Source: Antedon mediterranea
Taxonomy: Eukaryota; Animalia; Echinodermata
DNA length: 64,000 nt
Direction of reading: 5' to 3'
NCBI RefSeq assembly: GCF_964355755.1
Contig: NC_092670.1
Span: 31,608,388-31,672,387, forward strand
Shown: one piece after another, positions 54,555 through 64,000 of the stretch
Position numbering within the stretch: the first letter of the stretch is position 1
How the letters are laid out: the number at the start of each line of letters is the position of its first letter
The notes under the pieces: model-generated
What the model was told of the DNA's origin: nothing
Database searches by the model: none
The model's input: the letters and a program-made list of their open reading frames with translations, nothing else
Position numbers and translations under genes: made by a program

Positions 54555-54677
54555 AACAAGGCCAACAGCCATTAAGTCGCGTGCTACAATGCATAGTGAT
54601 ACCGGACCGACAGACAGACCGACAGACCGACAGACAGACCGACAGACAGACCGACCCACCGACATAGTGAACTATAC
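54555..54677. mobile_element. HINE/DINE-like element, truncated copy 3
   Basis: Same AACAAGGCCAACAGCCATTAAGTCGCG end and first microsatellite block as 8813 and 26003. Confidence 0.7.
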
Positions 54678-54937
54678 AGAGATAGAGTATAAATTTAAAA
54701 ATATAGATATAAGGAAGAAAAGCAAAGAGATTATGGAGCAGCTGTACCAGAATATACAACACTAAGTACAGCCGCTCCATAATCTCTTTGCTTTTCTTCT
54801 TTATATCTATATTTTTAAATTTATACTAACAAATATCTTTTTATTAATATTATAATAATAATGATATATCAAAAAAAAATGTATTAAATAATATTTATCG
54901 CATAATAGGCCTAAGCAATCTACGATAATTTAATTAA

Positions 54938-56378
54938 CTAGATGGTACGCTCGCTTCGCTCGCGTACCATCTAGGTCGTGCCCACAGATGGTTCTCGAAT
55001 ACATAATAATTTCAGCGTTAAAAAACTGGCGATTTCAAATGTATGTACAATAATACATGTCGTTTACAGGAAAGAATAAATAGACAATGATTTATGTACT
55101 CAATTAAAATTAGCACCCTGAGAATTACTTCCGAAAGAGAAACTTGTCACAAAATGAGACCAATTGTTTAAGTCAAATTTAAACAAACTTAATTTGTGTT
55201 TTGTATGTAACATTAGGGGTGAGGGATGGGGAAGAGGATGGGTGCAAAGAGGAACAATTTTTAAATATATTAAATATATTCTTTATCCATTTAGTAACGA
55301 AATATTAATTGTTTTCATGTTTTACAAATAATATACCACTAAACACAGTAAAACATTGCTATGTAATACTTTGTTGAAACTATCACCGTCCTAGTCGATT
55401 GAAATAGTACAGTACATGTAACGATACATCACTACGACGTGTATGTTTATATAATGTAAAACAATTTGTGAAAACCACCTCCATTCGAGGAAAATCATAA
55501 ATTCGATTTAATCGTCAATAAATATTAAATTATCTAACTCAACTTAATTAGTAGGCCTAATGGTTTTCAATTGTTTCTTAGAGCCAATTCATACTTAAGT
55601 TGGTTCTTACCCTACCCACCAAAGTTGTTCTGCGTTTAGGGGATGTGATGCACCGTAGGCCTATCCTGTACTGGCTTTACAACGCTACTCGTGCCAGTGA
55701 GGGAAGGGTGATGATGTGGGTGGTTTAAATGCAATAATAAAGATGTTTACATAATATACTGCGACTGAAAACGCTAGCTCATTATCCGTTTAAAAAAAAT
55801 TATATCCAACCTCTGCAGCACAGATTGAAAAAAAAAATGGATCAAATTTCTGTTATGAGTATACAGCACTTGCCTTTACGACGCCTGAGGGAATAGACAC
55901 TTGTGGAACAGAGATTGGAATGTTCCATTCATCGCAAATCAATACATTTGTATAAACGTATATTAAATCTATCAAAATAGTATTTTTTAAAGAAAAGCGG
56001 CCTGTCTTCAACATTATGATGCTGTACTCGAGCTGTTCAACCGGTTTTCAGCCATTAAAAACAATTATCGTAGGAGGAGATAGGAAAATGCGAAGCATCC
56101 TCGTATTATTGTCTGTGGGTATTTTTCAAGACGGACATCCATTAGACAGTGTATACCACGATCGAAAAACACCCCTATTTGGGGCAAATCGTTGAACCTA
56201 AATTCGTTTTAATTGTCAATAACTAATTATCTAACTCAATTTAATTAGTAAACAGGGTTACATCAGGTGGTTAAAATCAGTACCGAGATTCTAACCAACT
56301 TTATATACCATCGAGTAAGCATTCTAGAAATAACGCGCGATTTACCGAATTTTGCCCTTACGTAAATTTATATATAGA
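54938..56378 (-). mobile_element. Non-autonomous Helitron, complete
   Basis: Minus strand 5'-TC...CTAG-3' between A and T with no TSD; 3' hairpin CTAGATGGTACGC..GCGTACCATCTAG; the empty site is visible in sister repeat units. Confidence 0.88.
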
Positions 56379-57786
56379 TTGATATAACAAATTTATTAAA
56401 TACATAACATCATTTGAATAAAAAGAACAAATCACATATCTACACATAATCATAACATCGTATACTCTATCTCTAACAATTTATTCAATCTTCTATCGAC
56501 TAAAGCCGAAGTATAGTCGTTATCTCGGGACCGTTCTATGGCCACCACCAGGTAGGCTTACTTCATTAAGGCTTCTATGAATGGATGTACTGGTTGGGAG
56601 CAGGAACGCTAGTAGACCAAACCCAGTACCGTTTTGATTACGATCAATCGGGAAATTACCTCACGACGTTATATCTATATTTTTAAATTTATACTAACAT
56701 ATATCTTTTTATTAATATAATAATAATAATATATCAAACATGTATTAAATAATATTTATCGCATAATATGCAATCTACGACAATTGAATTAATATTGATA
56801 TAACACATTTATTAAATATATAACATCATTTGAATAAAAAGAACAAATCACATATCTACCCATAATCATAACATCGTATACTCTATCTCTAACAATTCAT
56901 TCAATCTTCTATCGGCTAAAGCCGAAGTATAGTCGTTATCTCGGGACCATTCTATGGCCACCACCAGGTAGGCTTACTCCATCAAAGCTTCTATGAATGG
57001 ATGTACTGGTTGGGAGCAGAAAACTAGTAGACCATACCCAGTACCGTTTTGATTACGATCAATCGGGAAATTACCTCACAACGTTATATAGGCCTAGGTG
57101 CCGACATAGGACTCTAGTTGGACTGTACCATCAAGTCATTTCTCGCATTCAAAATCTACACTTTTGCACTAACAAACTTTTCCTATTTCTACATCCTAAA
57201 CTACTTTTTATTTTTCTACCATTACCTTCTATATTTTCATCCTTTATCTGTTATACGATATAAACAACATTACACTCGTACATCGTAACGCGAGCATTTC
57301 ATTCTATACGCATACGCACTTTATCGAACATAATTTTAAACCAAACCTAATCATACATCATACAACGATAAGACATCAACCGCTTCAGTTCAAAACCAGC
57401 TATTAAGGTAAACTTTTTAAATTTAAATTAATTTTTGTTTCTATCCACTCTACCATATTCATATAAAGATATTGTGGAACCACGTCAGGTCAAGTTCAAT
57501 ATTGAATATCGAAACGTGGCAGGCTGAAGGCGCTTGACCTTTGACAAGATCGCCTAAATTTTTAATATAATATTAACTTTACAATACTTAGTGTTGTATA
57601 TTCTGGTACAGCCGCTCCATAATCTCTTTGCTTTTCTTCCTTATATCTATATTTTTAATTTAAACTAACAAATATCTTTTTATTAATATAATAATAATAA
57701 TATATCAAACATTTATTAAATAATTATTTATCGCATAATATGCAATCTACGATAATTGAATTAATTGATATAACAAATTTATTAAA

Positions 57787-58999
57787 CTAGATGGTACGCT
57801 CGCTTTGCTCGCGTACCATCTAGGTCGTGCCCACAGATGGTTCTCGAATACACAGTAATTTCAGCGTTAAAAAACTGGCGATTTCAAATGTACAATAATG
57901 CAGGACAATAATATATGTCGTTTACAGGAACGATTAAATAGACACTCTGATTTATGTACTCAACTAAAATTAGCACACTGGGAATTACTTCCGAAAGAGA
58001 AAGTTGTCACAAAATGAGACCAATTGTTTAAGTCAAATTTAAACAAACTTAATTTGTGTTTTGTATGTAACATTATGGTTGAGAGATGGGGAAGAGGATG
58101 GGTGCAAAGAGAAACAATTTTTAAATATATTCTTTATTTTGTAACGAAATATTAATTAACATGTTTTACAAATAATATACCACTAAACACAGTAAAACAT
58201 TGTGATGTAATACTTTGTTGAAACTATCACCGTCGTAGTCGATTGAAATAGTACAGTACATGTAACGATACACTACGACGTATGTTTATATATAATGTTA
58301 AACAATTTGTGAAAACCACCTCTATTCGGGGCAAATCATAAATTCGATTTAATCGGTAATAAATATTAAATTACGGCGACTGAAAACGCTAGCTCATTAT
58401 CCGTTTAAAAAAAAATTATATCCAACCTCTGCAGCACAGATTGAAAAACAAAATGGATCGAATTTCTGTTATGAGTATACAGTACTTGCCTTTACGACGC
58501 CTGAGGGAATAGACACTTGTGGAACGACACAGAGATTGGAATGTTCCATTCATCGCAAATCAATACATTTGCATAAACGTATATTAAATCTATCAAAATA
58601 GTATTTTTTTAAGAAAATGGGCCTGTCTTCAACATTATGATACTGTACTCGAGCTGTTCAACCGGTTTTCAGCTATTAGAAACAATTATCGTAGGAGGAG
58701 ATAGGAAAATGCGAAGCCTCCTCGCATTTTTGTGGCCGGTATTTTTCAAGATGGACATCCATTAGACAGTGTATACCACGATCGGAAAACACCCCTATCT
58801 GGGGCAAATCGTTGAACCTAAATTCGTTTTAATCGTCAATAACTAATTATCTAATTTAATTTAATTAGTAAACAGGGTTAAATCAGGTGGTTAAAATCAG
58901 TACCGAAAGTACGAACCAACTTTACATACCATCGAGTAAAAATTCTAAAAGTAAGGCGCGATTTACCGAATTTTGCCCTTACGTAAATTTATATATAGA
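57787..58999 (-). mobile_element. Non-autonomous Helitron, complete, internally shorter copy
   Basis: Same termini and hairpin as 54938-56378; inserted at TTTATTAAA^TACATAAC. Confidence 0.88.
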
Positions 59000-61900
59000 T
59001 ACATAACATCATTTGAATAAAAAGAACAAATCACATATCTACACATAATCATAACATCGTATACTGCTCTATCTCTAACAATTCATTCAATCTTCTATCG
59101 ACTAAAGCCGAAGTATAGTCGTTATCTAGGGACCGTTCTATGGCCACCACCAGGTAGGCTTACTTCATCAAAGCTTCTATGAATGGATGTACTGGTTGGG
59201 AGCAGAAAAACTAGTAGACCATACCCAGTACCGTTTTGATTACGATCAATCGGGAAATTACCTCACAACGTTATATAGGCCTAGGTGCCGACATAGGACT
59301 CTAGTTGGACTGTACCATCAAGTCATTTCTCGCATTCAAAATCTACACTTTTGCACTAACAAACTTTTCCTATTTCTACATCCTAAACTACTTTTTATTT
59401 TTCTACCATACCTTCTATATTTTCATCCTTTATCTGTTATACGATATAAACAACATTACACGCGTACATCGTAACGCGAGCATTTCATTCTATACGCATA
59501 CGCACTTTATCGAACATAATTTTAAACCAAACCTAATCATACATCATACAACGATAAGACATCAACCGATTCAGCTCAAAACCAGTTATTAAGGTACACT
59601 TTTTAAATTTAAATTAATTTTTGTTTCTATCCACTCTACCATATTCATAATATAAAGATATTGTGGAACCACGTCAGGTGAAGTTCAATATTGAATATCG
59701 AAACGTGGCAGGCTGAAGGCGCTTGACCTTTGACAAGATCGCCTAAATTTTTAATATAATATTAACTTTACAATACTTAGTGTTGTATATTCTGGTACAG
59801 CCGCTCCATAATCTCTTTGCTTTTCTTCCTTATATCTATATTTTTAATTTAAACTAACAAATATCTTTTTATTAATATAATAATAATAATATATCAAACA
59901 TTTATTAAATAATATTTATCGCATAATATGCAATCTACGATAATTGAATTAATTGATATAACAAATTTATTAAATACATAACATCATTTGAATAAAAAGA
60001 ACAAATCACATATCTACACATAATCATAACATCGTATACTCTATCTCTAACAATTCATTCAATCTTCTATCGACTAAAGCCGAAGTATAGTCGTTATCTC
60101 GGGACCGTTCTATGGCCACCACCAGGTAGGCTTACCTCATCAAAGCTTCTATGAATGGATGTACTGGTTGGGAGCAGAAAAACTAGTAGACCATACCCAG
60201 TACCGTTTTGATTACGATCAATCGGGAAATTACCTCACAACGTTATATAGGCCTAGGTGCCGACATATGACTCTAGTTGTACTGTACCATCAAGTCATTT
60301 CTCGCATTCAAAATCTACACTTTTGCACTAACAAACTTTTCCTATTTCTACATCCTAAACTACTTTTTATTTTTCTACCATTTATACCTTCTATATTTTC
60401 ATCCTTTATCTGTTATACGATATAAACAACATTACACGCGTACATCGTAACGCGAGCATTTCATTCTATACGCATACGCACTTTATCGAACATAATTTTA
60501 AACCAAACCTAATCATACATCATACAACGATAAGACATCAACCGATTCAGTTCAAAACCAGTTATTAAGGTAAACTTTTTAAATTTAATGATTATGCATA
60601 CAGAGTAGCCAAACAAGCGCGTTGCATTATGAGATATGTTTTGATTGAAAACTTTGACTGGAAGTCAAAGTTATTTTTGGAACAAAAAAACATCTGTATT
60701 TCGGTTAAAATATTTTTTTCCCGACTAATTTTTGGTGAAAGTTAATAACTATTATGATACTTCAAAATGACCCCCTTTTTTTCAAATAAATTAAACTAAT
60801 TTGGAATTAGTCAAAGGGACAATACATCTTTAAATTGGGTTAAAAACCAATTAAATTTTTTCAGTGTTTTTATTTAAAAAAAAAGGATTCAGGCTTGATT
60901 AAAATCTATGACATAATCAACTTTAACAAATTATATATAATATGTATTATTGACAAGCATTGACGAGCATTTAAGACATAGCAATGGATTAAAAAAATAC
61001 GATGAAGATATTAGATTAAATTATAACTTACTAGTAGTTCTGTATACGAAACCCGTTTGGGTCAATTGTGAACTACAATTTAAAGGTAATAAGTGAAAAA
61101 ACTGTAGAAAATCATACAAGAATTGAACCATGAACTTTCGAATGTATAGGTCCATGATTATGTTACGTCAGTACAAAACAGTACGGTAAAAGTAAAATAC
61201 ATGTTTAAAATAATCGGTAAAATTAAAAACAATAAAAAATGATTGCAATTATAGAATACTCACTGTTTCTTCAAGAAAATGTTGCTGATGAGTTTAAGCT
61301 AAATGTTTCTAATGAAATTAATCAGTAATGAATTACTTATATATCTTATCATTGGAGGTCATTGTTAATCTCTTTAGGGGTGAGGTGTGTATTAGCCGCA
61401 TGCCCATTACATAATGGATTAGCACTGTATTGCATGCAATAATTTAGTTCGAGTGTTGTGTACTGATAAAATAACCTAGCCCCGGAAAAGGCAGGGTAGG
61501 TACCAAGAAATCGAATTTAGCAAGAATACGTTCTTAACATTATTTTAGAAATTTTTCACTCTTTTTTATTTGAGTTTGTTGAAGAAGAAGAATTGGTGGA
61601 GTGAAAACGTTTACAAACTGGATCCAAAGCGACATTTAGAAGATGGAGCAACCTATATTGAACATTTATACCAAGTATCAAATGTTTTTGAATACGAAAA
61701 ATATTTGTTATCGATGTTTTTTGTATATGTTTTAAGCAGAATTCTATCCATAACCCTAATTTTTAATGTTCAATGTGATATTTATTGAAGTGCTTTGAAT
61801 ACGTTGATGAAATTTGGAGGTATGAAACTTTGTTTGGAGTAGAATCAGCTTCCAGCATGAAATGTTAAAAATATGTTTATATTACTCATTAATTAATAAT

Positions 61901-64000
61901 AATTATTAATAAATTAATAAAAAACTAGAGAGGGCGCTTTTCGACAAGGAAATGAATGTTTTTTTATGTGTGTTATTTTTCCGCTCGAGTTCATTCAATG
62001 TACTTTAATATACACTGTTACATACTATTTTATTGGGAAGTAATTATTTTTGTGTGAATCTTCTTGGGGTTGTTTGAAAGCCTATTCGCTTCTTTTCTTC
62101 AGAAAACATCTAATTTAGGTCTTAAAGTCACAAAAATACACCTCACATCACCAACCTCAAACACACCAGATTCTACCAACACACACTTCATCTCCTGAAC
62201 TAACATAGTACAGTATAAGTCAAATTAAATGTTTTAAATTTTTTTATTGAAATCAATCTTCTGCAAAAAATATTATAATAGTAACAATAACAGAAAGGTT
62301 GATAGGTATTTTAATATTTTTTAAACGTAAAAAGGTAAAAAAAAACCGAAATAAATGTTTATATATACATTATAAATGAAATAAAATAACTACTATTTTA
62401 GTAATGCATACACAAGTACAGAATATCAGAAATCAATTAATTATGTGTCTAAATATGGCATTATTAGGCTAATTTGCTTTGAGAAAAACATTAATGCCAT
62501 TGGCCTATACAAAAAATCAATGCAATTAGACAAAATAGTTACATAAACAATTAATACTAATATTGGTAGGCATAAAATAATAGTGTATATACACTTTCCT
62601 TAAATATAAACAGTATAGGGCCTTACCATTTTATTTAATACATAATATATGAACTATATTACACAAAAGAAATATAAATGAATTTATAAGGACATGATGA
62701 TTATCAAAAATAGTCAATATAATTTAATATTATATTCATTTTATTATATTATATCATAGAGATTTTCAAAAACATAGTTTGGTAACATTTAGTTTCTGTT
62801 TCAGACCTTTAATATTTGGAAATAACCTATAATAATTATAAAACATTCTTCTTTTCAATGCCATTATGCGGTTAAAAACAAGTACAGCAGCATGCATGTA
62901 GATACAAATACACCTATATATTGTGAGAACACAATTTCAATAATTTCTTTGTTAGTTAGTTATCAACCTAGGGGTTAAATTATTAGGAAAACTTTGGTTT
63001 ATTTTTAAAATAAATTATGTGTACAGAAATTCGTTCTTCTAGCCTCAGATCATTCCTGAAGTTAGACATAAATCACCCAAATTAGTTTTAAGTAATGGAT
63101 ATTAGATGAAGTACAGTACAAATACATGTTTCAGGAGGATACTTTATGTTAAAGGTGATAATTAGTTTAAATGTTACCCCAATGAAATTTATTCAATTAC
63201 CAGGTTGAAGTAGTATGGTGGAAACACTACTATATGTACTCATGTAGAACACAGTCAGTTCTACCAAGGTTAGAGGTGGGTGCCAAAATTTGAGATAAGT
63301 GGAAACATGACTTTTTCAATAGTAAATTCATTACCAGCATTATAAATAACATTTTAAAAAGATGAGAATGCAAGTAAATATTAGATTCATAGTCTTCATT
63401 ATGCACAATGATTTTCTACTATCACATATTAAAATATAAAACAATCATAATAATAGCCTTTAATGAATTTATATGGAGGTCTATCCAAATAAATTTAAAT
63501 AAAAGGGTCGTAATATGTCTTCGTCTCCAGTTCGTGGAAAATGAAAAATAAATATTCAAAATATCCTCCCTAAATTCGATTTCTTGGAAAAAAATGGCTA
63601 TAGTTGAGAACAGTGTTAAACGGGATCGTACATTAATGTTATTTGTTGTATATTGTTAAGTTTATCCTATTCTTTATCAATGTGCTCAAGTATACCAAAA
63701 TGACTATAGTTGAGAACAGTGGTAAACTGGATCGTACATTAATGTTATTTGTTGTATATTGTTAAGTGTATTCTTTATTCTTAATAATTGTACTAAATTA
63801 TTTAAAGAAACAGTAGTAAGCATAACATTTCCCCACTCCTACATTAGCATGGTAGGACATTGTAATGGTCGCAGGTGGCTCAACTTTATTACTGCAATGG
63901 GATGGACATGGTCCTACTACCACCTTACCATCCAATAGGATTCCAGTAAATTTCGTTTACTACCAATCATATTTCAGTAATTAAATGACCCCTTAAGTTA

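Larger units (their letters stand above)
54685..60587. repeat. Tandem array of a ~976-bp unit (about four partial or complete copies) with a fold-back at the left end
   Basis: Units restart at GTACAGCCGCTCCATAATC (54766, 57606, 59795) plus a partial restart at about 56670; 54685-54746 is an inverted copy of 54766-54827. Confidence 0.85.

Noticed and set aside
56997-60425. Repeated 88-95 aa ORFs as a gene family
   Set aside because: Frames and starts differ between repeat units through indels, and no domain is recognisable.
61700-64000. Second lectin or other coding exon at the right end
   Set aside because: No convincing ORF or splice-compatible exon found; only AT-rich sequence and a short direct repeat at about 63598-63775.

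Overview
AT-rich, intron-containing animal DNA, most like a marine invertebrate (echinoderm-like) genome, dominated by nested transposable elements. Host genes are a three-exon ALKBH2 (+, 5458-10223), whose last intron has TG where AG is expected, and a two-exon secreted C-type lectin (-, 52445-53718). The centrepiece is a 17.5-kb IS3EU-type DNA transposon (18438-35956) with TACGG..CCGTA termini and a perfect 6-bp TSD (TAATTC). It carries a DDE transposase and a convergent HECT E3 ligase gene, both decayed, and its long TIRs look like a shared promoter/first exon; the left TIR holds an expanded palindrome array. Removing this element restores an in-frame CR1-group LINE ORF: a signal-peptide-like, Cys-containing 161-aa leader, a 2A ribosome-skip motif (GDVELNPG|P), then endonuclease and RT. 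A small spliced Bcl-2-like pseudogene lies near a Maverick/Polinton packaging-ATPase relic (11.9-15.6 kb). Also present: L2, Tx1/L1, RTE, Penelope and Academ-like remnants, Helitrons, DINE/HINE-like elements, several MITEs, a ~976-bp tandem array and a local duplication. All calls come from manual reading and translation; no database search was run.
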